From Eledone cirrhosa (Eukaryota), in contig OZ024741.1 of NCBI GenBank assembly GCA_964016885.1, forward strand, positions 412,362,001-412,426,000: DNA of 64,000 nt, given 5' to 3'. Position numbers and translations under genes: made by a program. The notes beneath the pieces are model-generated. The model was not told the DNA's origin, searched no databases, and saw only the letters and a list, made by a program, of their open reading frames with translations. Below, one piece after another: positions 1 to 11,407 of this stretch. Every line of letters begins with the position of its first letter. Positions within the stretch are counted from its first letter, which is position 1.

Positions 1-275
1 CTGCACGTCAGGCTGAGGGGGCCAAACTCCTCACATATCGTTCACTCTCCGACAGGTTTGCGGTCGTACCCCTGGAAGTGGAGACTTCTGGTGTCCCCGG
101 CCCCAGGGCTACCTCCTTACTCACCACCATAGGCGCTGAGCTGGCCAGCCGTAGGTGTGAGCCCCGCGAGTTGGAGTGGCTTTTCCAGCGCGTCTCCCTT
201 GCCATGCTCCGGGGAAACGCCTTCTCCATTCTGTCCGCCGGGGCTGTGGGTGGGCCCCATCGCGTACCGTTATAG
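1..275 (+). mobile_element. 3' end of a CRE-like RLE non-LTR retrotransposon ORF (fragment)
   Basis: Frame 3 reads ARQAEGAKLLTYRSLSDRFAVVPLEVETSGVPG...REL EWLFQRVSLAMLRGNAFSIL. This matches the K..Y / P..vEt.G / QRlS..l.RGNA C-terminus of CRE-clade restriction-like endonucleases. Confidence 0.7.
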
Positions 276-1313
276 TTGTTGAAGAAGAAACAGGGAGACA
301 ACAACTGGAATGCATACAACACAACTAAATCTCTTAAATAACTTCATTTATATCCAAAATATGATTTGTATATACATCAACAGTGACTCATTATTATACG
401 CCAGTCACAACCCCACTGCAAAAACGATATCTATACAACAACCCCACCGTAAAACTACTCTTCCCCACTTTACAAACACTTTATATTATTTGTCATTAAG
501 GTTTCTTAAAATAAATATATATACGTATGTGTAGTAATTAGTACGGGGGCTAAGAGAAGGGACGAGTGTGTCTTGATGGAGGGGCACATGGGACCAGCAA
601 AGTCCTAAAAGTAGAGACCAGTAAATGAGATAAGGTCCTAGCTATGTTAAGAATATAAATAAGAAACATGTTCTATACATTTAAGACAAGAGAAACATGT
701 TCTAAACATTTAAGAAATAATTATTTACCTCTTTCATGTCGGTAATATAGCGGTGTTATAAAACTAATTATAACGACCGGTGTTAAAATAGAGAGAGATA
801 GACAGATAAATGTGTGTCACACTCTCACCCTCTCTTTAAATCTTTTACACTATCTAACTCGTCCTTCTCCCACTCTCTTTACATCTTTTACTCTATCTCC
901 CTCTTATTTCTATCTGTGTACATATATATATGTGTATGTATGTATCTGTCTATGTGTAACTAGGTGTACTGGAGCAATATGAAGTGAAGTGTCTTGCTCA
1001 AGAAGACATTTTGTGGAGTTATATCATCGTTTCTTGTTATAAAGCTACTTATACTACCGGCGTAACAGTCGCTATAGGTGATAGATGTAGAAATAAAAGG
1101 CTGTAACAGCGATATAAATATAGATGAAATAGTTTACCACGAGACTAAGAATGAATGTTTAATGGAATTAAGTGTAATCTAATAGGAAATAAGAGGCTAG
1201 AGCAGCGAAATGTTTACGTAAAATAAAAGAACAACAAAGAAGAGTGCAACATGGAAATTTTTGTTTTTTTTTGTCGATATAAGCGTTATTTTATGCGCGA
1301 TTTGACTTGCTGC

Positions 1314-1405
1314 CGGCGTTGCTCAGTCAGTAGCAGCCCCGCTTACGAACTTCAGGAGCCAACGACTTTACATGGTTCGAATCTCACCCTCTCCGCTCTT
1401 GTCGA
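1314..1405 (+). mobile_element. Degenerate tRNA-derived head (SINE-like)
   Basis: A-box-like ttgctcagtcagt and B-box ggttcgaatct; no intact cloverleaf. Confidence 0.4.
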
Positions 1406-2084
1406 GTTATCTCCTACTCTTTTTACTTAGTTCCAGGTCATTAAAATAGAGCAAAGAGGGCGCGGCGATCGGCATATGCACTGGCTACAATGTTGAACTT
1501 TGGTACTGACTGCGTAGTTGAACGTTCCACATACCAACCGCCCAACTGGCCAGTCAACCGCAAATACGGCTGGCTGGCCGGTTGGGTAGTTGGCATATGT
1601 ACTGGCTACCATGCTGAACATTGTACTGATTGTCAAGTTGAACGTTCTAACCCTCTCTTTACATCTATTACTCTATCTACCGCTTATTTCTCTCCCTCTC
1701 TTTACTTCTATAACTCTATCTCCCACTCTCTTTACATCTATTACAGTGTCTCCCTGTATATATACACGTATATATGCACTAGATTTTATAAGAAATCTAC
1801 GTAATAATATAATTAACAATAGTTGATGAATTAGACCAGAGTTAATTAAACAATAAATATGAATGAAATGGCAGTAGATGGCGAAACTTGAGTGTTGTGT
1901 GTGCATACATATATATGAGGTAAACTGGTTCAAATACTGTCAGGATTATATTGGATCAAAGACTATTAAATAGAAAGTAAAAAATGAAGTGAAAATATAA
2001 AAACAAACTGAAAATTTCCCCATCCCTAGAAAAATTCATATCTTGTTATATATAGATAATTGGCGCTTTAAATTGAATAAATAT

Positions 2085-2089
2085 TCATT

Positions 2090-2120
<31 letters not shown>

Positions 2121-2197
2121 GTACACAGATATATATGTGTGTATATATATATGTGTATATATATGTATGTGTATGTATGTGTATATGTGTACATATG

Positions 2198-2278
<81 letters not shown>
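2085..2278. repeat. (TA)n/(TATG)n compound microsatellite
   Basis: Read directly from the sequence. Confidence 0.95.
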
Positions 2279-2279
<1 letters not shown>

Positions 2280-2280
<1 letters not shown>

Positions 2281-2823
2281 ACTTCATCATACGTCTGCTT
2301 TTCCATGCTGCAAGGGAGGGATGGGAGCTGATTCTGGATTGGTTTCTACAGCTGGGTGCCCTTCCTGACGCCAACCCCGTTTGCAGTGAGTGCTGGGTGC
2401 TTTTTTTTCCCGTGGCACCTCCACGTCAGCTTTACAGTGTGGGCTGGGTGCTTTTTTGCCGTGGCGCCTCCACGACCACTTTGCGGTGGGGTGGTGGGGT
2501 GGCATGTGTATACCCAGCCCATTGTCATTTCCCACACAGAAAAGCTTATAGCATCGTTCTTTACCCACGATAAATCTAGCAGACCCACCCCTACACCTAG
2601 TCTCTTGAATACAACAAACATCGACCTCATTACGTTCAAGCATTTCTACAACCTCGTTAGAGCCACCCTTTAAGGTGCCTACATTCATGGTACCAACTCT
2701 GAAGTTTTGGATTGCGTTTGGAGGGTGGGAGCGGTGGGGAGCGGGGATGGGGTTATGTTAGCCATCCGCGGCCGAAACAAAGAGGAGGAGCCCTTGCACT
2801 CTCGTCCATGAGGTGGATTTGTC
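2280..2823 (-). mobile_element. Internally deleted RTE-type LINE: 5' UTR plus APE N-terminus joined to a 3' UTR module
   Basis: ORF 2287-2688 has NVGTL...DVCCIQETR (APE motifs). 2280-2500 matches the 3' module (aggaagggcacccagctgtagaaa...aaaagcagacgtatgatga) also seen at 20800-20960 and 41732-42020. Confidence 0.75.
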
Positions 2824-2825
2824 TT

Positions 2826-3325
2826 TATGTATGTATATATATATATGTATGTATGTGTGTGTATGTATGTATATGTATATATGAGTGTATATGTGTATAT
2901 TTGTATGTGTATGTATGTGTATATATGTGTATATGTATGTATGTATATGTGTGTGTATGCATATATGTGTGTGTATGTATATATATATATATGTATGTGT
3001 ATGTATATGTATGTGTATATGTATGTATATGTATGTATGTGTATGTGTGTATATGTATATATGTATGTATGTATGTATATATGTATGTATGTGTATATAT
3101 GTATGTATGTGTATATATGTATGTATGTATATGTATATGTATGCATGTATATGTATATATACGTGTGTATATGTATATATACTTATGTATATGTGTATAT
3201 GCTCATGTATGTATATGTATATATGTATGTATGTATGTATATGTATGTATATGTATATATATGTATGTATATGTATATATATGTATGTATATGTGTATGT
3301 ATGTATGTATGTGTATATATATATG

Positions 3326-3368
<43 letters not shown>

Positions 3369-3390
3369 GTATGTGTATGTATATGTATAT
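2826..3390. repeat. Long (TATG/TG/TA) compound microsatellite
   Basis: Read directly from the sequence. Confidence 0.95.
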
Positions 3391-3635
3391 GGAGGCCTTA
3401 CTTATTATACTACCTTCGACTTGCACTGCCGGTCCCTCTATTGGGTCGATGTGGGGGAGACTGTCTTTCTCCCAATTATTCTCCTCATTTAGTAGCCTTT
3501 CGTAGTGACACTTCCAAGCTACCTTCTTATCAGCGTCAGTGATGGCAAGTACACCATCATCATTTAGGACACACTTCTCCCCGACAATATCACTGTTTTC
3601 CTTGACACATTGCCTAGCAATCCTGAACACCTCAT
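3391..3635 (-). mobile_element. RTE-type LINE fragment (linker between APE and RT)
   Basis: [21 protein letters not shown]...[14 protein letters not shown], homologous to RTE pieces at ~18840-19060 and ~37700-38050. Confidence 0.7.
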
Positions 3636-3644
3636 GTTTTTGGT

Positions 3645-5789
3645 CCTCGCGTTTGGGAAAATGAACAAATGCTGCCAGTATTGTGGGGCCAAGAAGTGGG
3701 CAGCAGAAACGCCAAGTCTATGCTGCTCAAAAGGCGAAGTGGGCAGCAGAAACGCCAAGTCCATGCTGCTCAAAAGGCAAAGTGGGCCTTAAAACAATAC
3801 AAGAACCTCCTGAATTTCTGAAGAATCTGCTCCTTCAGCATACACCAGAAGCACGACACTTCAATAAATACATCATAAAATATAATTCTGCCTTTCAAAT
3901 GACATCTTTTGAGGCTGACAGGAATGTGACTGACTTTAGATTCTGTACAACTTATAAAATTCAGGGACAGTGTTACCACTTAATGGGTGGCCTTCTGCCA
4001 CTTTCACAGGAGCCTCACAAATTTGTGCAGGTTTACTTGATGGGTGGAAATGAAACACAGGCACAACAAAGATGTACCAATGTCCATGGTGGATTGCAGT
4101 TCTACATAGTCATAAAGTTACAAGAAATGCTTCACCAACATCACATGTACGTCAGTGTATTTAAATATGAACTGAAGCATATGATTAACACCAGAGATGT
4201 TAAAATCATCACTAGGGCAGACAAATGCCCAGCTTCAGAACATGGACGCAGATTCAATGCACCTGTCACTGATGAAGTTGCAATCATAATGAACAGCATG
4301 AATGACGTGACATTGTTTTGCAAAAACGAAGTGGACATTTGGAACAAATTTGTGAAACTCATAGAGCCTATGATTCACTCCAATATCCGCTCATCTTTTG
4401 GAATGGTAAAGATGGATATCATTTTCAGCTACGGCAGATCAGCCCAGGAACGGGACAAGAAACTGGCCGATCAATCAGCTGCATGGTACGTGATCACATC
4501 AACCAAGTTCTGCCATTCAAAGAAGTAACCAGCCACTTCATGGTGGACATGTATGCCAAAATTGAAATAGAAAGATTGGGTTTTCTGCGAAGGAATCAAA
4601 CTAAGTTGAGGGCAGATAACTACATCCACTTTAGAGATGCCATCAATTCTGATGTTGACCCAAGAAATATTGGCCAGCCAGTCATACTACCATCAAGCTT
4701 CATGGGAGGATCACATTACATTCATGTACGTACGCAAGATGCAATGGCCTATGTCAGAATATTTGGTCGGCCAGATCTCTTCATTACATTTACATGCAAT
4801 TCAAACTGGTTAGAAATATCAAATGAATTATTTCAAAATCAAAAACCAAAGGATCGACATGACTTCATTGCTCGGGTTTTCCATGAAAAGCAAAAAAAAA
4901 AACGCATCTGGCTCCTAAATGAAGGAAGAATCTTTGGTGAGCTTAGTGCTTGGATGACCACTATTGCGTGGCAGAAGAGAGAGGTATCCTCACTCTCACA
5001 CACTAATCTGGTGCAAGGAGAAGATAAGACCAGATGATGTTGATAAGATCATTTCAGCAGTGTTGCCTGATAAAGGTGGTGATCCCGAGCTGATCAGGTC
5101 AATGCCTGTCTGAAAACATCCTATGCCTGACCCCACTTTCAGCTGCTGAACCTTACAACCAACATGCGAGTGCACTTAACTGGTGACGAAGGTGTCAGTG
5201 ATTTTGCAATCCAACTACTTAAATTGGGAAATGGACTTCTTGAAAATGACTCCAATGACCATATTCAGTTCTCATTTGGCCATATCATTGACACAGAACA
5301 AGAACGGATTGCCAGAGTGTTTCCAAACCAGGCAATGTGATCCGAGATGGCTCTGTGAACGAGCAATCTTAGCACCTAAAAATGTTGCTGTGAAAGAAAT
5401 CAACAGAAGGCTGCTGGAGAAGTTACCGGAGAGAAAATATGCTACAAATCAGTTGACACAATCACTTCTCAAGACCATGTTGTAAACTATCCAACTGAAT
5501 TTAGGGTTGAATCTGGCAGATCCTGTCTTTTCACACGGTCAACCCTATGTTGGCACAACAAGGGCTAGAACCCTGATTGTCTCTTCTTTGTGGCACCACA
5601 GGGCAAAACCAAGAATGTTGTTTATCCAGAGGCTTTGGAATGAGCAATGTCGTAATACCTCATTCAATGACAATACACGCAGATCCTAATTCCTTAGTCA
5701 TGTAGTTTGCAAGGAATTCTGAAGCCGCAAATTTACTGCATAGTGTTACTTTGAAAGAATATGCAGGCATTTCCGGGTACCTCTGCTAT
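3645..5789 (+). mobile_element. Degenerate Helitron Rep/helicase with 3' terminus
   Basis: CQYCGAKKW...CCSKG, YNSAFQMTSF, KIQGQCYH, GRRFNAP, YDSLQYPL, ILPSSF, PDLFITFTCN, WQKR, TNMRV, ERAILAPKN and VFSHGQPYV are spread over frameshifted ORFs. The 3' end ttccgggtacctctgcta resembles hairpin plus CTAG. Confidence 0.9.
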
Positions 5790-5841
5790 ATGAAGTAGTA
5801 TAAGTGTGGACTTTGTTGGGTAGAAATAGCAGCCAAATTTC

Positions 5842-6440
5842 CTGCCTCCTTCACTGTGTTTGTCATCGAAACTATGTCGTCGGCAAATTCAGCATCCGAT
5901 ATCTTTTTCGCTTTAACTCTCCTGCTCTGAGCTGGTGTTACAGTAAAGCCAGAGTCTTGGTGTTTCTCCAGCGCAAGGCGCATACAATAGTCCACTATGA
6001 TGATAAAAAGATAGGGAGCCAATGTATCTCCATGGAGCACTCCAGCCACTATCTCAAAGAACTCTGTCATCCCATCAGATGTAATGACTTGGGATTTGGT
6101 GTAGAGCAGTGATATCGGGTCCACTAGCTTCTTGGGGATTCCATAAGCCTGTAAGAGCTTCATCGGGCAGGGACAGTCCACAGAAAGCATGACCGCAGGT
6201 AGGCAGTTTGCTCTAGCTCCCTCTAATATCCTCCTCAGCATCAGGATGTGATTGGTGGTTGATCTTCCCTCTTTGAAGCCGTTATGGTTGTCCCTTATCT
6301 TATTCTCCATCTCGGGCTGGATCCTGTTAAGAATCATCCTGTTGACGGTCTTTGCCACAAGTCAAGTCAGTGCGATCCCTCTGTAGTTGTTGATGTTAGA
6401 GAGATCTCCCTTCTTTGGCACTGGGACGATGTTACTGATC
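5842..6440 (-). mobile_element. Non-LTR reverse transcriptase fragment (RTE-group like), copy 1
   Basis: NGFKEGRSTT, GVLHGDTLAPYLF and EFADDI RT motifs. Other copies lie at ~11408-12540 and ~16614-17520. Confidence 0.85.
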
Positions 6441-6762
6441 CTCCACTCAACTGGTGCTCCCTGTGGCTATAAGCTAGAAGAGTCATAACGACCAGACTGC
6501 TCCTTGACAGTGTAGTTAGGGTCTTTAACCCTAGTGCTGTTAAATACACTCTTCATGTTCTTGTCAATGGCTGACAATACCTTACGAGCACCACTCGAAT
6601 AAGGTCATTATTTAACCTATAAATGGGGCCCTAACAGGTACTAATACTCAGGGCCAGAGCAGATCTGGGAGTTCTGACAACTAAGGGGTAACTCCACATT
6701 CCCCACAGCTCCTGAACTCGAGCCTTGCCACTGGATGTAGTTTAATGTCATACGCAGGACAA

Positions 6763-6851
<89 letters not shown>

Positions 6852-7329
6852 TACATATATACATACATATATACATACATACATATATATATACATATAT
6901 ACAAATATATATATGCGTACGAAAGTGTGGTTACATGATGCCTATGTGAGATGCGCGATGCCGCATGGTAGTGAGACATCACCAACAACCAACCCACACT
7001 GTGGGAAACATTCCTCCCCGGGGCACACCCTGGTACTTCACACCATCTGTCTGTCTCGCTGCCTAACTACTGAGAAATCCGGCTTCTCTGCTTGCCTGAT
7101 TTGTAGGTTATTAGGCAGTTGGCAGGTTTGTGGAAGTTGGTTTTGCAAATGGTTAAAATACTTGAATCACAAAATTCAAGAAGCATCACTCCTTATTTTA
7201 TCTTTCTCGTCTTTACCTAGGCCTGCATAAGTTAGTGGTAGGGTTAGTGTTACGGTTAGTGTTAGGGTTAGTGTTAGGGCTAGTGTTAGGGCTAGTTTTA
7301 GGGTTAATTGAGGGCAAGAGAACACTGCT

Positions 7330-8295
7330 AGGTAAAGAAAAGAAACACTGCATTTACAAGCAATTTTTACAAACAGCCACAATGACAGGACGGAGACATC
7401 GTTATGCTAGCAGGGGATTTCAATGGTCATGTTGGACAGCTCCAGGATGGCTACACTGAGGTACATGGTGGGCACGCTTACGGCTTAAGAAATGAAGGAG
7501 TGAGACTTCTTGAATTTTGCGATTCAATTGCACTAACCATTTGCAACACTAACTTCCAGAAATCTGCCAACCACCTAATAACCTACAAATCAGACAAGCA
7601 CATAAGCCAGATTGACTTCTTGCTAGTTAGGCAGCGGTACAGGCAGATGGTGTCAAATACAAAGGCATACTCCGGGGAAGAATGTACCCCACAGCATAGG
7701 TTAGTCGTTAGTGATATCTCAGTAAGCAAGAGACTGAATGAGACATATAGGAAGGTGTGGAAAAAAAAGGTCTGGAAGCTAAAAGCTTTCACTAAAATAC
7801 AAATTTAGGAAAGCCCTTCAATATGTGTATGACGAAAAAGAAGACGATTTAGAGTCGTATGACATAGATGATAACTGGAATTTCTTATGTGACAACTTAC
7901 TGCAGGCTACTGATGAAACTTGTGGCTGGATCAGAGTTCCAACCAGACAGAGAGTGACATGGTGGTGGGACAGCACGGTAGATCGGGCCATTGGAGACTA
8001 AAGACTAGCATGGAATGCTTGGAAAATTAGTGGGAGTAGAGAAGAATATACAGCCGCTAAGAGAGAAGCTAGACGTCATGTGTACTTAGCACGCAAGGAG
8101 GCTGCTCGACGGGAAGTTCAAAGACGTGCGGTGTTCCGTATTGCGAGGCAGTGTGTCAGTGCAAATCGGGATTAAGTCTGTCCGCAATGATGCCGCTGTA
8201 CTTTGTGTCAAGAATGAGTGTTGATGAGTAGAAAAGAGGACAAAACTCTATTCCGTCAGGGAAATGGCCATGTTCGATATGCAGAAAAGGAACTG
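7330..8295 (+). mobile_element. RTE-type LINE fragment (APE C-half and linker), copy 1
   Basis: AGDFNGHVG...ICNTNF...SQIDFLLV...PQHRLVV. Repeated at ~14250-15175 and ~18055-19465. Confidence 0.85.
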
Positions 8296-8314
8296 GCATA
8301 TATTATATAAAATA

Positions 8315-9953
8315 CTAGCATTAAAGCCCGGCGTTGCTTGGGGTCATTAAGTTACCAAAGTTAGGTTGCACCACCCATTTTATGGGAGCACTTTTTTGTC
8401 TGTCAGGCACTGGATGAATGAATTGCAGACCTGGAAGCAGGAGCTGCGCCAGCAGTGACAATTGTAGTTTCGCCTATGGATATTATCTCTGTGCAAAAAA
8501 GTGTTGAAATTTATTGTTTCACAGTACTTGCGCAACATGCGCGTAGACGATGCCAGCCGAACAACAGACCTGCGATGGAGTTGTTCTGCATGGTTGTCTG
8601 TGTGTTTTCTAAATTTAAGACAGTAGGGAGGGTTGTGATATGAGGTAGAGTTAGCTGTTGTTTCTAGCAGGTTTAGTGACCTCATAGAGGATATGCGTTT
8701 TCTAAATTTAAGACAGTAGGGAGTGGTGTGATATGGGGGAGAGTTAGCTGCTGTTTCTAGCAGGTTTAGTGACCTCATAGAAGATATGTTTTCTAAATTT
8801 AAGACAGTAGGGAGGGGTGTGATATGGGTGAGAGTTAGCTGATGTTTCTAGCAGCTTTAGTGACCTCATAGAGGATATGTGTTTTCTAAATTTAAGACAG
8901 TAGGAAGTGGTGTGGTATGGGGGAGAGTTAGCTGCTGTTTCTAGCAGGTTTAGTGACCTCATAGAAGATATGTTTTCTAAATTTAAGACAGTAGGGAGGG
9001 GTGTGGTATGGGGGAGAGTTAGCTGCTGTTTCTAGCAGGTCTAGTGACCTCATAGAGGATATTATTGTTTATCATTATCTATAAAAGGCAGATTGTTGTT
9101 GTTGTTGTGTGTGTGCACATGTTCCATGTTTATACATTTGCACAATTTCAAACCGAATCGACTCAAAGTCTAAGAATCCACGTTCGTTGAGAGGTTTTAA
9201 AAAAGATTTATCGCTTGTTGTTGAATAAATGTATCTGTTGCTTTTGAATAATTGTCGTTACGTATGAAATGCAATAATTGTTTCTACTTTTTTGGCACAA
9301 GGCCAGTAATTAACCAGTACATTACTGGTACTTTATGTAATATTAAACGTTCTCTCTCTCTCTCCCTCTCACTCCTTTCTCTCTCTCTCTTCGGCAATCA
9401 CGCACGTTGTTTAATTGCTTTAAATGTTTTTTTTATCATTTGAAGTGAGTGTAAGAAAGTAAGTTAATGAATAGTCGTGTATTTGTGGTTATAAATCCCG
9501 CACGTTGTTTAATTGCTTTAAATGTTTTTTATCATTTGAAGTGAGTGTGTGTTTGTATGCGTTTGGAAATAAATCAGTAAGTTTGAAGTATAAAAGAGAA
9601 AGTAGCAAAATGTGTGGGTTGTAGATAGCGGAGAAGCAGATGATATGAGAGAGTAAAACGGACAGTATCACCATCAAGCTTGGAAATAGAAAGTAGCAGG
9701 AAGTATGAAGTTGTATAGATTTTGAATGGTAATGGTTAGAGTTTAGCAGTTTAAATGAGAGAGAAAAATCGTAAAATATTGAGTTTTATCTATTTTTTGC
9801 GTAATTGTGGGTGAAATTGAAAAAATTATATGTACCAAGACGCAATCGAAGCAATTTCGAATACTGAATTGTAAATTTCAATTGAAGAAATTCTATATCG
9901 TAGATTTCTATAACAAAGGAGCATGTCCATACACTGAGCTTTATAGATTATGA
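8315..9953 (-). mobile_element. Non-autonomous Helitron (5'-TC...hairpin-CTAG-3')
   Basis: The minus strand starts TC at 9953 and ends ccccaagcaacgccgggctttaatgCTAG at 8315. It is inserted between A and T with no TSD, and the paralogous site at ~15191 is empty. Confidence 0.88.
8603..9062. repeat. ~92-bp minisatellite x5 inside the Helitron
   Basis: The unit gttttctaaatttaagacagtagg...gacctcatagaggatat starts at ~8604, 8697, 8788, 8881 and 8972. Confidence 0.95.
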
Positions 9954-10079
9954 TACACAATGCAGATCTCAGGTATACAAAAGATGTAGTGGGATAGGAG
10001 GGACGTAGTGGGATAGCAGGCAAACTAACTGCATATTTTGATTATAATAAAACAAATAATAATAGTAATAATAATAATA

Positions 10080-10974
10080 ATTGTCATTGTTCTTTTCTTC
10101 TCTGCCTTTGCCTCCTGTCATCTGAATAACAAAAGAAAAAAAAAAGAATGTAAAACATGTTGCCTATACAAAGTGCTGCGATCAAAGTAGCTTTTAAGCA
10201 ATTTCGAAACTAACAAACAACATCAACAAAATATATACAAATATCTTTGAATGTCAAGTCCACAAAGAGAAAATAGTCATAATGTACTTATAGATACAAT
10301 GCTTGTCTTTTACTGATATCAGACAAGGAACTATGACCATGCTGGGGACTTGCATCAATGAGTTTTAGTAGAAAATGACTGACTGACTGTTGAGGGACAG
10401 AGGTGTGTTTTCATTGCACAGTTAAGGTGACACTGACTAAAATACAGTTGGGGGCCAGAGGTAATTTTCGTTGCTCAAATATTTATCAATTCACAACAAA
10501 GCCTCTCAAAGCTACATCATAATGCAAACTCACAACACCCTTCTTATGCAACCTCACCAAGCAACCCCACAACACAACCTCACAACATCCTATCACGTTC
10601 ACAATTCACAACACTCAACAAGGCATTCGTTATCTAGGGTTTACACTAGAAGACACTTGCCTAAGTACACTAAAACATAGCGAGGTAAAACACACCCAGT
10701 ACACTCTGTAAAGTGGCCATTAGGTTAAGATTGAACTGAAATCATACCTCCATTGTCATTGGCGTATATTTTCTCTTGGACTTCATTTCATTGCTTTCAT
10801 TTTTCTTGTTTTTCTTCTATTCCATCTAAATATGAAAAAAATTGTACAGGTCATTACGTCCAATCAAGAGGTCAATTTAAAAATACACTGAGATAATACC
10901 TTAAAATAATGGTCAAAGAAGTGTTTAATTACGCAAATCCTTTGAAATAACTTCCTCTCTCTTACTGGTCATAC
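10080..10974 (-). pseudogene. Three exon-like segments with canonical splice signals (pseudogenic or non-coding), copy 1
   Basis: tttctattttgcag|10974-10900|gtatt; catatttag|10825-10748|gtatga; cttttgttattcag|10121 onward. In-frame stops are present. Confidence 0.4.
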
Positions 10975-11120
10975 CTGCAAAATAGAAAACAGTAGTATTA
11001 GAGTGAACAGTGATGTGGTGTTGTGTGGTGTAGAGGGATTCAGTATGGTGCAGTTTAGTGTGGCACAGTACACTGTAAGACATATTTAGCTAATCTCTCA
11101 GACATTTAAAAAGCTTTCAG

Positions 11121-11141
11121 AATGTGTGTGTGTGTGTGTGT

Positions 11142-11228
<87 letters not shown>

Positions 11229-11360
11229 TGTGTATCTGTCTCTCTGTCTATAAATATATAATTATATATAAATACATACATACATACAGAGAGAATGAGA
11301 AAGAGATAATACATATATTATGTATGTGTGTGTGTATGTATACATACATACATACATACA

Positions 11361-11391
<31 letters not shown>

Positions 11392-11405
11392 CTATCTATC
11401 TATCT
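11121..11405. repeat. (GT)n, (TACA)n and (TATC)n microsatellites
   Basis: Read directly; paralogous tract at 16342-16612. Confidence 0.95.
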
Positions 11406-11407
11406 AG

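Noticed and set aside
1314-1405. Functional tRNA gene
   Set aside because: A and B boxes are present, but the acceptor and anticodon stems do not pair.
2036-3630. Long YI/VC/HT-rich ORFs (also near 6641, 22543, 25146, 29019, 57509, 59336)
   Set aside because: These are translations of microsatellites, not genes.
8603-9062. Retrozyme-like hammerhead tandem repeat (ctatgaggt...acc...gaaac on minus)
   Set aside because: The core lacks CUGA, there are extra nucleotides before GAAA, and there is no stem I or III.
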